64,000 nt of DNA, from the NCBI GenBank assembly GCA_032229765.1, contig JAVTWO010000081.1, forward strand, positions 1 to 64,000, given 5' to 3'. Each line of letters opens with the position of its first letter. Position 1 is the stretch's first letter. The position numbers were made by a program, and so were the translations under genes. The notes under the pieces are model-generated. The model was not told where the DNA came from. It saw only the letters and a list, made by a program, of their open reading frames with translations, and did not search any database. Origin of the DNA: Phycisphaerales bacterium (lineage in GTDB: Bacteria > Planctomycetota > Phycisphaerae > Phycisphaerales > UBA1924). This document shows, piece by piece, positions 10,962 through 21,154 of this stretch.

Positions 10962-12371
10962 TCACAGACCCTGTTCCGCCAGTCGCAGTGCCGCCTCGAG
11001 CGCGCCGACCTTATGACGAACTTCGTCGTACTCCGCGCCGGGGTTGCTGTCCGCGACGATCCCTGCGCCCGCCTGGTACGCGTACCGCCCGTTGCGGAAG
11101 CACAGCGTCCGGATCGCAATCGCCTGGTCCATGTCCCCGCCCTTGCCGAAGTACCCAACCGTCCCGGCATAAAACCCGCGCCGCACCGGCTCCAGTTCGT
11201 CGATGATCTGCATCGCACGCACCTTCGGCGCACCGACGACCGTCCCCGCAGGAAACGTCGCCGCCAGAAGGTCCACCGCGTCGCGATCACTCCGCAATCG
11301 GCCCGAAACGCCGCTGACGATGTGCATCACGTGGCTGTACCGCTCGATGCTCCGGTACGGCTTCACCTTGATGCTCCCCGCCTCCGCCACGCGCCCAAGG
11401 TCATTCCGCGCCAGGTCCACCAGCATCACGTGCTCGGCATTCTCCTTCGGATCCGCCAGCAAGTCACGCTCGTGCTTCGCGTCTGTCTCCTCATCGCTCC
11501 CCCGCGGTCGCGTCCCCGCGATCGGCCGCAGCGTCGCCTCACCCGCCGACAGCTTCACCAGCGCCTCGGGCGACGAGCCGATCAGCTTCGTGTCATCGAG
11601 CTCCAAAAAGAACATGTACGGCGAGGGGTTCAGCAATCGCAGCGCCCGATAGACCTCGAACGGATCGGTCAAGCACGCGCCGCCGAACCGCACCGACAGC
11701 ACAAGCTGAAAGACATCCCCCGCGCGGATGTGCTCCTTCACCTTCCCCACGCGATCGATGTACTCATCCCGACTCATCGAGCCCATCGGCGGCTCGTGCC
11801 CGCTCTTCACGCTCGGCTCACCCACCCCCGCGCGCAGCGCCGCGATGATCTCGCGCCGCAGGCTCTGCCGCTCCCACTCCGCCCCGCCGTGCAAAAGCGC
11901 AACCCGCCGCGAAAGATGATCAAAGACGAGCATCGAGCGCGGCGCGACCATCGCGATCTCCGGATCATCCTCCGCTCCGCCGGCCGCGCCGCACCGCTCG
12001 CCCAGCTTCTCGATCCGGCGCACAAAGTCGTACCCGATCATCCCCACCAGCCCGCCCGCCAAAGGCAGTCCCGCCTCGGGCAGCAGCGCCGGCGCCGCCG
12101 CGATGCACGAGCGCAGAGCCTCAAAGACCGCCTCGCGTCCCTTCACGCCGGGCTCGACGGCGCGGTACACCCCGTTCACCGCCAGCCCGCGCGAGTCGAG
12201 CCGAAGACTCCCAGCCTTCCCCAGCCCGATGAACGAGTACCGCGCCAGCCGCTGCCCGCCCTCCACCGACTCCAGCAAAAACGTCGGCTCGAACGCCCGC
12301 AGCTTCCGGTACGCGCTCACCGGCGTGTCCATGTCCGCCGCGATATCAAACGGGGGTTTCATCTCGATCAT
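10962..12371 (-). CDS. trpE: anthranilate synthase component I
   Basis: Chorismate-binding enzyme fold with TrpE C-terminal blocks (GYFGY..., AGAGIVADS). The start is set at MIEMKPP. Confidence 0.9.
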   Translation of the reverse strand: MIEMKPPFDIAADMDTPVSAYRKLRAFEPTFLLESVEGGQRLARYSFIGLGKAGSLRLDSRGLAVNGVYRAVEPGVKGREAVFEALRSCIAAAPALLPEAGLPLAGGLVGMIGYDFVRRIEKLGERCGAAGGAEDDPEIAMVAPRSMLVFDHLSRRVALLHGGAEWERQSLRREIIAALRAGVGEPSVKSGHEPPMGSMSRDEYIDRVGKVKEHIRAGDVFQLVLSVRFGGACLTDPFEVYRALRLLNPSPYMFFLELDDTKLIGSSPEALVKLSAGEATLRPIAGTRPRGSDEETDAKHERDLLADPKENAEHVMLVDLARNDLGRVAEAGSIKVKPYRSIERYSHVMHIVSGVSGRLRSDRDAVDLLAATFPAGTVVGAPKVRAMQIIDELEPVRRGFYAGTVGYFGKGGDMDQAIAIRTLCFRNGRYAYQAGAGIVADSNPGAEYDEVRHKVGALEAALRLAEQGL

Positions 12372-12845
12372 GACTCGCTCACTTCCGCTCGCTCGCTTCA
12401 AGCGCTCAACCTGCTCCACAAACCCCTTCACCCGGTAAACAACACAGGCCACCCTCGGCTTCTCGCCTCTGGTGGCCCGGAACGCTCAATCGTCCCTTTT
12501 CCGCTCCCCGCCCGCTCCTCTTACAGCGAACGACGACCGCGGCACCACCAGGATGGCCCTCGCCACCACCAGCCCCGCCAACCCACATTGGTGCCCGTCG
12601 TCATGCCGTTCATACGCCGCGAATCATGCAGCCAACCCCCAGAAAGTCAACCTCCGCACCATGCCTTCCCACCGTGACCTATCCAAACCCAAACCAAACA
12701 CCAACCACATTCTCTGCATCCATCATCTCACTACGCCCGAAAACAACTGCAACGCAACCAACGTACTTCCCTGTACGCTCTGGATCGAAACTCCCGCCGC
12801 GTGCTCCAACACGCCGGCCCCCGCACCCACCGAAAGGTCCATCGC

Positions 12846-13649
12846 ATGAAACTCATCCCGTCGCTGCTCATCCCTGCCTTCGCCCTTGGCACGTTCTTCG
12901 TCGCCCCCAACGCCGCCCACGCCCAGATCGGCGCGGGCGAGAAGGTCAAAGTCCGCGATAAGAAAAAAGATAAAGACTCCGAACAGGGCAAAGAAAAGGA
13001 AGGCGACGGCCTGAAGGTCGGCGAGGCCGCCCCCGAGTTCAACCTCCGCGACGCCAACAACAACAACGTCCGCCTCTCCAACCTCAAGGGCAAGGTCGTC
13101 GTCCTCGACTTCTGGGCCACCTGGTGCGGGCCCTGCCGCGCCTTCATGCCCAAGGTCGAAGCCATCCACAACGATTACAAGGCCAAGGGCGTCGAAGTCT
13201 TCGGGCTCAACACCTGGGAACGCGACGCCACCAAGCCCAACAAGGACGGCAAGAAGCTCAAGGCCGCCGAACTCGCCAAAGACTTCATGCAGACCAACAA
13301 CTACACCTACGGCCTGCTCCTCAACGCCGACGACACCGCCTCGAAGTACAAAGTCACCGGCATCCCCGCCCTCTTCGTCGTCGGTCCCGACGGCAAGCTC
13401 CTCTTCGCCGAAGTCGGGAGCAACCGCGACACCGAGAAGAACCTCCGCGCCGCGATCGAGAAGGGCCTCGCACAAGCCAACGGCACCGACGCAAAGAAGC
13501 CCGACGCAAAGAAGCCTGACACGAAGCCCGACGCCAAGAAACCCGAAGCCAAAAAGCCCGAAGAGAAGAAGCCCGCCCCCGCCGGCACCACCAAGCCCGC
13601 CACTCCGGCTCAGCCGACGCAGCCCGCGAATAACCCGGGCAAGAACTAA
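12846..13649 (+). CDS. secreted TlpA/redoxin-like thiol-disulfide oxidoreductase with C-terminal Lys/Pro-rich repetitive tail
   Basis: Signal peptide MKLIPSLLIPAFALGTFFVAPNAAHA, followed by a thioredoxin fold with WATWCGPC. The C-terminal tail is (KKPDA/KKPEA)n encoded by 15-bp tandem repeats. Confidence 0.75.
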   Translation: MKLIPSLLIPAFALGTFFVAPNAAHAQIGAGEKVKVRDKKKDKDSEQGKEKEGDGLKVGEAAPEFNLRDANNNNVRLSNLKGKVVVLDFWATWCGPCRAFMPKVEAIHNDYKAKGVEVFGLNTWERDATKPNKDGKKLKAAELAKDFMQTNNYTYGLLLNADDTASKYKVTGIPALFVVGPDGKLLFAEVGSNRDTEKNLRAAIEKGLAQANGTDAKKPDAKKPDTKPDAKKPEAKKPEEKKPAPAGTTKPATPAQPTQPANNPGKN

Positions 13650-13701
13650 CCCGGCACTCTCCCGCTTTGAGATTCACTCCTGATCTCATCAACGCCCGAG
13701 C

Positions 13702-15189
13702 ATGAGCGCGGGCGTTTTTCATTTTCACGATCCGCTCCTCGTCAACCCCGGCAAACACGCCGCGAAGGCTCTACGCTTTATATCGATGCCGATCGATGCA
13801 CTCACCCTTGCCCCATCGCCCGCGCAATGGCTCGCCGCCGCCCGCGCACGCACGGGCTCGCCCCGCGCCGCGATCTTCCGTTCTCAGCTCAACCTGCCCG
13901 CCGACCGCCCCGTCGTCATGAGCGGACACCAGGCAACCATCTGGCACCCGGGGATCCTCGCGAAGCGCTTCGCGCTCAGCGCCGCCGCCGAGCACGCCGG
14001 CGCACACCCCGCGTGGCTCGTTGTCGATCAGGACCCCGAGGACCCCTCCACGCTCGAGTACCCCGCGCGCACCTCACCCGACACGCCGCTGCGTTCACAA
14101 AGTTGGACCTGGGCCCCACCTCGCGTCGCGATGCTCTGTAAGGCCGACGTACCACCCTTCGCCGCGTCACCCTTCATCCCCGCGCCGATCCCCGATCCGA
14201 ACGCACCCGCCCTCACCGGCACCTCCGCTGCCCTGCTTGCGATCCACACGTCACTTCACGCCGAAGCACTCGTCGCGCCGAACCTCGCGATCCAGCTCGC
14301 CAACACCGTCGAGCGTCTGCTGACGCCGTACACCCCGCGTGTTCAACTCATCAGCGCATCACAGCTCGCAAGCACCGACCTCTTCATCGAGCTCGTCTCA
14401 CGCATGGCCCGCGATCCGCACGCCTGCGCCGCCGCATACAACCGCGCCATCGCCGCCGCTCCCGACGCACGCCTCGCCCCGCTCCGCAGCGACGAACGCG
14501 CCTGCGAACTGCCCCTCTGGCACGTCTCCGCCCCCGAGCAACCACGCCGCAGGGTCTACGCCAGCGAACTGCCCAAACTCCTCGCCTCCACCTCCGTCGG
14601 CACGCTCCTGCCCCGCGCACTCTTCATGACAGGCCTGCTCCGCCTCGCCGGTTGCGAGCTCTTCATCCACGGCCTCGGCGGCGCCGGCGCCGACGCAAAC
14701 TCCGGCTACGACCGCGTCACCGAACTCTGGTTCAACTCCTGGCTCGGCGCCGACTTCCTCGGCCCTCAACCCCTCGCCCCCGTCGTTACCGCCACCGCCA
14801 CCGTCACGCTCCCGCTGCTGAACAAACCGCCTGTCACGCAACACGCCCTTCACACCGCACGCTGGAAACTCCACGCCTCAAAGCACAACCCGCGCCTGCT
14901 GCTCGACGTCGTCGCCGCCACGCGAAAGCAACACCACATCGCCGCCATCGCGGGTGCACAGTCACGCTCCGACCGCAAGAGCGAGTACCTCGCCATGCAC
15001 CGCGAGCTGACCGACTATCGCCAGCACGTTCAACAGCAGCTCGCGACGCTCGAAAGCGAGATCCTCGACATCACCGCACGCCTGCGCGACCAAGCGATCG
15101 CCACCCGGCGCGATTGGCCCTTCCCCATCTACCCCAGCAGCGAAATCACCGCCCTGCGCGACCGCATCAACCACGCCTTCGCCCACTGA
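13702..15189 (+). CDS. BshC-family protein (putative bacillithiol biosynthesis cysteine-adding enzyme homolog)
   Basis: VVMSGHQATIWHPGIL...PAWLVVDQDPEDP parallels BshC VVGGQQAGLLTGPLY...PIFWVAGEDHDLD. Size (~495 aa) and the C-terminal coiled coil fit the family. The start is ambiguous (13702 or the internal M at 13786). Confidence 0.45.
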   Translation: MSAGVFHFHDPLLVNPGKHAAKALRFISMPIDALTLAPSPAQWLAAARARTGSPRAAIFRSQLNLPADRPVVMSGHQATIWHPGILAKRFALSAAAEHAGAHPAWLVVDQDPEDPSTLEYPARTSPDTPLRSQSWTWAPPRVAMLCKADVPPFAASPFIPAPIPDPNAPALTGTSAALLAIHTSLHAEALVAPNLAIQLANTVERLLTPYTPRVQLISASQLASTDLFIELVSRMARDPHACAAAYNRAIAAAPDARLAPLRSDERACELPLWHVSAPEQPRRRVYASELPKLLASTSVGTLLPRALFMTGLLRLAGCELFIHGLGGAGADANSGYDRVTELWFNSWLGADFLGPQPLAPVVTATATVTLPLLNKPPVTQHALHTARWKLHASKHNPRLLLDVVAATRKQHHIAAIAGAQSRSDRKSEYLAMHRELTDYRQHVQQQLATLESEILDITARLRDQAIATRRDWPFPIYPSSEITALRDRINHAFAH

Positions 15190-15202
15190 ATCGCAACCAC
15201 CC

Positions 15203-15232
15203 CTCAGAGCCGTCGGCTTCAGCCGACGGTCA
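15203..15232. terminator. REP-like hairpin (CAGAGCCGTCGGC-TTCA-GCCGACGG) downstream of BshC-like stop
   Basis: Perfect 8-bp stem. This is the same element as 46020-46048. Confidence 0.5.
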
Positions 15233-15283
15233 CCAGTTCACTCGCGCGCTCACACTTCCACCAGCCGAAGGTTCCCGGTTCAC

Positions 15284-17563
15284 TTACCCCTTCAGCCCCG
15301 CCCGCGCTCGCGCAATCAACATCAGCACCCGCAGCGGCTCCGCAACGCTCCACGCTTGCGCTGGGCATCCCCCCGCCACCTGCACCATCGGCGGCTCATG
15401 ATCCCCGTCAAAGACCTCCGCGATCTGCCCCAGGCAATCCGCCTCCGCATGCCGCAGCACACCCGCAAGCAACCCCTCCGCCTCGTCGCACGCCGAGGGT
15501 GAAAACTCTCCCGCCCTCAGCACCGCCTCCGCCATCGGCCCAAGCAACCAAGGCCACGCCGTGCCGTTGTGATACGCCGCGTCACGATCAAACATCCGCC
15601 CGCGGAAGCGCCCGCGGTACCGCCCATCACCCCGCGCCAGCGTCCGCACGCCGCAGGGCGTGACCAGCTCGCGTCGGCACAGATTCACCACCGCCCGCTG
15701 CTGCGCCTTCTCCAGCGCGCTGTGCCGCAGACTCACCGCGAGCAACTGATTGGGCCTCACCTCCCACACACCGCTCCACCCGCCCTGACCATCCGGCGAC
15801 AGTGTGTCATACAGACCCCCTCGCCCCGCATCAAAGAACTTCGTCCGCAGCGACTCACCCGCCCGATCGGCCGTCTCCTGCACACCCTTCAACCACGCCT
15901 GATCAACCTCGTACGCCTTGCCCGAACTTGCCAACGCCCCCCCCACACCCACAACCCCCGCCGCCCCGCGCACGACAGATCCGATCGCCCCGCCGACCTT
16001 CGCCACCACCGCCTTCGCACAGGTCGCCGAGTCACCGGTTCCGCCCGTGCCGCAGGCTTCAACCAAGCTCCGCAGCCCGTGATACCACAGCGCGTTGACT
16101 TCCACCGCCTTGCCCTGCCTGGGAGTAAACGTCACCCCGTCGCGCTTCGCGTCCATCCACGTGAGCTGCGTGTGCTCATTGCCCGCAAAGACCAGCCCGT
16201 CGCTGGCATCGACCCCGATGTTGAACTCCGTCCCCTTGCGGTACCAATCGACAATGTCCCTGCACGCCGGCAGCAGCTCCGCAAAGAACAGCTCGCGATC
16301 GCCCGACACCCGCAGATACTCGCACGAAGCGTGGATAAACCACAGCGACGCATCGACGGTGTTGTAGTGAGCATCGCCCGTGTAATCGTCGAACAGGTTG
16401 GGCACCAGCCCGTTCCGCCGCGCACCCGCGAAGGTCCGCAGCACCTCCGCCGCCTCCGTGAACCGCCCGCAGCTCAGCAGCAGTCCGGGAAGCGAGATCA
16501 TCGAATCCCGCCCCCAATCCGCAAACCACGGGTACCCTGCGATGATCGTCGCGCGCGAACCCTCACTGCCCTCCGCCGCCGCACCGCCGATGCGCCGCCG
16601 GACCACAAAGTCATCCGCCGCCGCAACGAGCGTCTCCAGCCACCCGTCCACACCCTTGCTCGAAGCGCCCTTGCCGAGCTGCGCCCTTGCGGCGCTCGTC
16701 ATCGCGTCCAGCCGCTTGCGCCGCTGCGTGCTGATCACCTCCGGATCGTCGCCCTGTTCCGCCATCGCCCCGCCACTCGCCGCCCCGCCCGCGGCGATCA
16801 TCAGCGTCATCTCGCCGCCCGTTCCGCCCTTGAACGTCGCCTCGAACGCGCCGGGCGAAAACAGATCCTCCAAAAAGTCGTACCCGCGGTCGCGCTCGTG
16901 GTTGTACTGAAAGTTGTACCACCACTGCTCGTCTCGCCGGGCACCGCACCCCCTCCCCTCGATCACCACCGACCCCTCCGGACTCTGAACCCCCAGCTTC
17001 GTCGGCCCGTCATCCACCCGCATCCCACCACCCGCCAGATCGCGCAACACCAGCGCATGAAAATCCCGCAGCGCCGTCAGCGGCCTCACCTCCAGCCCCA
17101 TCTCTCCTCCCCCTCCACCCCGCACCCCATACTTCACCACCGCACGGTTCGCACCCGCCGCCAGCGCCAGGTGCTTCTCCACCGTCACCACACCCCCCAC
17201 ACCCTTTCCTCCCGTCGGCACTTCATACGTCCACTTGACGCTCTGCCCCTTCTCAAACTTCACCAGCCGAGCCTCGGTCCCACCCGCTTTCGGGTGCACA
17301 TCCCCCGGGCGAAACCGCGCACGCCACAACGCCACCCGCTCCCCACCGCTGAGCACCACCGTCTCCGCCAGCATGTTCAGCGCCATCACCCGCTGCACCG
17401 GCGGGCGCAAACTCGCCACCAGCAACCCGTGGTACCGTCGGCTCGGCACACCCGACGCCGTGCCCATCGCAAACCCGCCGTTGCCCGTGGTCAGCAGCCA
17501 CTCCACCGCGTTTAACGCGTCGATTGGCCCGTCGTTCTTCCGCACAAAGTTAACGCTCGCCAT
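15284..17563 (-). CDS. glycogen debranching enzyme (amylo-alpha-1,6-glucosidase, GDE_N/GDE_C; GH133-like)
   Basis: N-terminal GDE_N (NGGFAMGTASGVPSRRYHGLLVA) and the six-hairpin glucosidase region (NGLVPNLFDD...HYNTVDASLWFIHA). The start is set at MASVNF (ATG at 17563). Confidence 0.8.
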   Translation of the reverse strand: MASVNFVRKNDGPIDALNAVEWLLTTGNGGFAMGTASGVPSRRYHGLLVASLRPPVQRVMALNMLAETVVLSGGERVALWRARFRPGDVHPKAGGTEARLVKFEKGQSVKWTYEVPTGGKGVGGVVTVEKHLALAAGANRAVVKYGVRGGGGGEMGLEVRPLTALRDFHALVLRDLAGGGMRVDDGPTKLGVQSPEGSVVIEGRGCGARRDEQWWYNFQYNHERDRGYDFLEDLFSPGAFEATFKGGTGGEMTLMIAAGGAASGGAMAEQGDDPEVISTQRRKRLDAMTSAARAQLGKGASSKGVDGWLETLVAAADDFVVRRRIGGAAAEGSEGSRATIIAGYPWFADWGRDSMISLPGLLLSCGRFTEAAEVLRTFAGARRNGLVPNLFDDYTGDAHYNTVDASLWFIHASCEYLRVSGDRELFFAELLPACRDIVDWYRKGTEFNIGVDASDGLVFAGNEHTQLTWMDAKRDGVTFTPRQGKAVEVNALWYHGLRSLVEACGTGGTGDSATCAKAVVAKVGGAIGSVVRGAAGVVGVGGALASSGKAYEVDQAWLKGVQETADRAGESLRTKFFDAGRGGLYDTLSPDGQGGWSGVWEVRPNQLLAVSLRHSALEKAQQRAVVNLCRRELVTPCGVRTLARGDGRYRGRFRGRMFDRDAAYHNGTAWPWLLGPMAEAVLRAGEFSPSACDEAEGLLAGVLRHAEADCLGQIAEVFDGDHEPPMVQVAGGCPAQAWSVAEPLRVLMLIARARAGLKG

Positions 17564-17687
17564 GGCTGCCGCTCCCACCACGCCCCCACCACCCCTTGCA
17601 CTTCCCATCGTACTCGCCTTACCCACCTTCACACACACCCCCAACCAACCCGCCAAACCCCCGCCCGCTTTGCTACCCTCCGCCCAT

Positions 17688-18167
17688 ATGACCACCGCTC
17701 AAGCCTCCACCCAGCCCTCCCCCATCGCCCGCGGCGTCCTCCACGACCTCATCCCCGCCTCCGCCACCAAGCCCGCCATGCTCGTCTTCGCCCTGCCGGG
17801 GAGCAACTACCAACTCCACCTCCTCCCCGCTCAAGGCACCGACCTGAACGCCCTCCAGCCCCGCTTGAACAAGCGCCTGCTGGGCACCATCCGCTGCCAG
17901 GCCCGACGCGTCGATGAGTGCCGCACCGGCGGCCGGTTCATCGAGCCCGTCCTCGGCCGCCCCCGCAAGCTCCAAGGCACCGTGCTGCAACACCTCCAGA
18001 ACGAAAACAGCCTCCTCATCGACGCCGCCGGCGCCATCGCCGTCGACGGCCAGCCCCTCCCCGTCATCGTCAAACTCACCGACAGCCGCCAATCCCCCGC
18101 CCAGTTCCCCCTGGGCACCATGATCACCTGCGACGTGCTCGAAGGCGCCACCTTCCAACCCGCCTGA
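17688..18167 (+). CDS. hypothetical protein
   Basis: The ORF starts at MTTAQ, divergent from the GDE gene. No recognisable domain. Confidence 0.35.
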   Translation: MTTAQASTQPSPIARGVLHDLIPASATKPAMLVFALPGSNYQLHLLPAQGTDLNALQPRLNKRLLGTIRCQARRVDECRTGGRFIEPVLGRPRKLQGTVLQHLQNENSLLIDAAGAIAVDGQPLPVIVKLTDSRQSPAQFPLGTMITCDVLEGATFQPA

Positions 18168-18237
18168 TCACACCCCCCGCCCCCCCGCCACCCATCGAAC
18201 CACCCTGCGATGCAGACCGAGCGGTGAGGTTTCGTCC

Positions 18238-18840
18238 ATGAACGAAAGTACCGCCCTCCTCACATTCGCGGCATGGCTCGGTGCCGTCCTCGATCAATCC
18301 CGCCGTCAACAACTCCCCTTTCCCCTCGATCACGAAGCCTTCCTTCGTGATCAACTCTCCTTTGGCTTCTCGCCCGCGGCCTACACCCCGCTCGCTTCAT
18401 CACCCCACGCACCCCGCCCGTGCCCACGCGAACTTGTTCCACTCTTCCGTGCCATCCACTCCGCCCTCCGTGGCACCCCGCACGAAGCCAATTCTTGGTT
18501 CAACCTGCTCAACGCCCCGGTTTGTCCGCCGGAAGACCTGCTCGAAGACCTCATCGCACGCGACATCCACGTCGGTCAAATCGGCCACCTGCCGCTCTCC
18601 GATCGCCTGCTCTGGAAACTCGCCGACCAAGTCCCCGAAGCCCTGCTCACCTTGGGTAAACGCCGTTTCCTCGATCCGACCTGCCCACCCGAACGACTTG
18701 AAGAAGTCCTGCACGCATACCCGAACCATCAGTGGCTGCTGCGATCACTCAGCGAACTCGCAGAAGATGCCAGCGAGAAATCGCAAATCGTCGCGCGATA
18801 CATCGCCGCCGACGCAGCACACCGCAACCGCGCAGAGTGA
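18238..18840 (+). CDS. hypothetical protein
   Basis: 200-aa ORF in the same orientation as the previous gene. No recognisable domain. Confidence 0.35.
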   Translation: MNESTALLTFAAWLGAVLDQSRRQQLPFPLDHEAFLRDQLSFGFSPAAYTPLASSPHAPRPCPRELVPLFRAIHSALRGTPHEANSWFNLLNAPVCPPEDLLEDLIARDIHVGQIGHLPLSDRLLWKLADQVPEALLTLGKRRFLDPTCPPERLEEVLHAYPNHQWLLRSLSELAEDASEKSQIVARYIAADAAHRNRAE

Positions 18841-18886
18841 CTTTGGCAGTTTGACCATTTGACCAATTGCTATTTGAGGTTTTCCC

Positions 18887-19717
18887 TCACGCCCACTTCG
18901 CATCCTTCAGCGCCGGAAAACTCCCCCGCCACGCACGCAGCGCCGCGATGTCGATCTCCACACTCAAGATCCCCGCCTGATCGCCCAGTTCACCCTCCGC
19001 CGCGCCGCGGGTCAAACCGCACCCGTTCACGCTGGGGATGATCTCGCCCTTGCCGTCGAAGGCCGCGGTGCCGCCGTCGTAGACCATGTGCGGGTCGCGC
19101 CCGCAGCGGTTGACCGACAGCACGCACGCCTGGTTCTCAATCGCCCGCGCCCGGCTCAACGTCAGCCGGTGCATGCGCCGAACCGCGGGCCAGTTCGCCA
19201 CCACCGCGAAGACCTCCGCCCCCATCTTCATCCCGCGCCGGAAGAGCTCCGGGAACCGCAGGTCATAGCAGATCACGGGGCAGACGATCGCCCTGTCCTT
19301 CCCGTCGTTCCATTCGTAGGTCTTGACAGTTTCGCCGCCGGTGAAATGCTGCGACTCGCTGCCGATGCTGAACGGGTGGACCTTGTCGTACTCGCAGAGG
19401 ACCTGACCATCGGGCCCCGCCACGCTCACACGATTTCGGCCTTTTCCATCCGCACCCCGCACCGTCCGCGAGCCCTGCAAAGTCACGCCCAGCCGCCGGG
19501 CTTCTTGCTGGATCCACTTCAGCGTCGCCTCGTCGTCGTCGCTGGTGACGTCAAGCTTGAACGAGAACCCCGTATCGAACAGCTCGGGCAGCACCACCAG
19601 ATCCCCCTCGCGCACCACCCCCTCGCGCTGCGCCTGTTGCAACGCCCCCGCCACCCACGCCCGGTTCGTCGGCTTGTCTTCCCACACAATCTCGCTCTGA
19701 ACCAGGTGTGCTCGCAT
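18887..19717 (-). CDS. carbon-nitrogen hydrolase (nitrilase superfamily) protein
   Basis: The catalytic-triad context is recognisable (LVVLPELF..., ...KVHPF..., ...VICYDLRFPE). The start is set at MRAHLVQ. Confidence 0.8.
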   Translation of the reverse strand: MRAHLVQSEIVWEDKPTNRAWVAGALQQAQREGVVREGDLVVLPELFDTGFSFKLDVTSDDDEATLKWIQQEARRLGVTLQGSRTVRGADGKGRNRVSVAGPDGQVLCEYDKVHPFSIGSESQHFTGGETVKTYEWNDGKDRAIVCPVICYDLRFPELFRRGMKMGAEVFAVVANWPAVRRMHRLTLSRARAIENQACVLSVNRCGRDPHMVYDGGTAAFDGKGEIIPSVNGCGLTRGAAEGELGDQAGILSVEIDIAALRAWRGSFPALKDAKWA

Positions 19718-19797
19718 CGGTTTCTCGCTTTCCACCGATCCTACCCGAAGGCAACTGCACCCGATCCGCTCAAACCCCCTCGATCGGGTGATACCAG

Positions 19798-19830
19798 ACA
19801 CAGGGTTCACCCTGTGTTTTTATCATTTTT
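19798..19830 (+). terminator. orphan rho-independent terminator (ACACAGGG-TTCA-CCCTGTGT + TTTTTATCATTTTT)
   Basis: Canonical GC stem plus U-tract on the plus strand. It lies in a ~600-bp divergent intergenic region and is not preceded by a plus-strand gene. Confidence 0.45.
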
Positions 19831-20313
19831 GGCGATTCAGCTCGCTCACTGTGTTTACCTAGGGTCTTTTTCTGATATCTTCCGGGCGGTGATGGTTGCC
19901 AAGCGACGCCGGGTCTCGTGAGGGTGTGGTTCCTGTGATTCCCACCGCCTCTTCCCTGGTTCTGCCCGCACTGCTGCGCGGGTGTATCAAACGCCACCAC
20001 ACCATGATTGGGTGAAAGCCCGATCTGATCCTGAGCTGTGCTGCCCGCCAGTTCAGGGTCTTCCCTCTTCAGTTCCCCCGCACACGATGCTCGCCTCTTC
20101 TGCGCCTGATCGTGGACTTTTTCGGGGTCTTTGAACGATTCTCGTGCGTCGAGCGTTCAACCTTGCGGTTCTTTCCGCGTCCTCTTGCACGTGAGCATGC
20201 AGGGGTTCCACCCGTTCTTACTTCTCACACAATCTCAACGCCCCCGGCTGCATCGCCCCGCCTTGTTTGTCGGTATTCACAGCATCACCAGAGCACGCCG
20301 CCCGAGCCCACCC

Positions 20314-21081
20314 ATGCACGCCGTTGAACCCCTTCAGACCGACCGCAACCAACCCGCAGCCGCGGGCAGTACCCTCGGCAAGCCCGCGCTCATCCTCGCC
20401 AGCCAATCGCCGCGCCGGCAGCAGTTGCTCCGCGAGGCGGGGTTCAGCTTTACCACCGTGCTGCCGCCGATGGACGACGCGCACCTGTGCCCCGGGCCCG
20501 TCGAGCCGCGACGCTGGGTCGCCGCGTTGGCGTACCTCAAGGCCCGCGCGGTGCAGTCCATGCTCGCCTGCCCGGATCAGCGCCCTGCGGGCGTGCGCGC
20601 GGATCAACCCCTCTTCATCCTCGCCGCCGACACGATCGTTATCAAAGACCAACGCCTCATCGGCAAGCCCAGCGACGAGAACGACGCCCGGCACATTCTC
20701 CGCACCCTCTCCGCCGGCAGGCACGAGGTCATGACGGGGGTTGCGATCGTCGAAGTGCCCGCGCTCGGTTCGCCCGTTCGCGCCGCGCTGTCATCATCGC
20801 TCGATCAGTCGCCTCGCACGCTCTTTGTCGACTGTGCGCACGTCCACGTGGGTGAGCTGGGCAACGACCGCATCGAGGCCCACGTCGCCTCCGGCGCCTG
20901 GCGCGGCAAGGCCGGGGGCTACAACATCTTCGATCAACTCAACTACAACTGGCCCCTGCACGTCGAGGGCGACCCCACCACCGTCGCGGGCCTGCCCATG
21001 CAGCGCGTGGTGCCCATCCTTTCCAAACTGCTGACCAGCTTCGCGGGCGATCTCGCCGCTCTCTCATCACGCCTGAGCTGA
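20314..21081 (+). CDS. maf: Maf-like nucleoside triphosphate pyrophosphatase
   Basis: Maf motifs are present (LILASQSPRRQQLL, ILAADTIV, GKAGGY). The start is set at MHAVEP. Confidence 0.8.
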   Translation: MHAVEPLQTDRNQPAAAGSTLGKPALILASQSPRRQQLLREAGFSFTTVLPPMDDAHLCPGPVEPRRWVAALAYLKARAVQSMLACPDQRPAGVRADQPLFILAADTIVIKDQRLIGKPSDENDARHILRTLSAGRHEVMTGVAIVEVPALGSPVRAALSSSLDQSPRTLFVDCAHVHVGELGNDRIEAHVASGAWRGKAGGYNIFDQLNYNWPLHVEGDPTTVAGLPMQRVVPILSKLLTSFAGDLAALSSRLS

Positions 21082-21154
21082 GGCAAGCCTCGCCTTCGAA
21101 TCGTCCCTCACCCGAAAGATCGCGGAGCGATCCCGGGCGCGGTACCCTGATCCC

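Noticed and set aside
10878-12677. 599-aa ORF on plus strand
   Set aside because: Antisense to trpE/trpG. Arg/Pro/His-rich low-complexity translation with no domain signal.
13480-13570. 15-bp tandem repeats
   Set aside because: Coding repeats specifying the (KKPDA/KKPEA) linker of the TlpA-like protein. Not an intergenic element.
15569-17515. 648-aa ORF on plus strand
   Set aside because: Antisense shadow of the glycogen debranching enzyme gene. Pro/Arg/His-rich.
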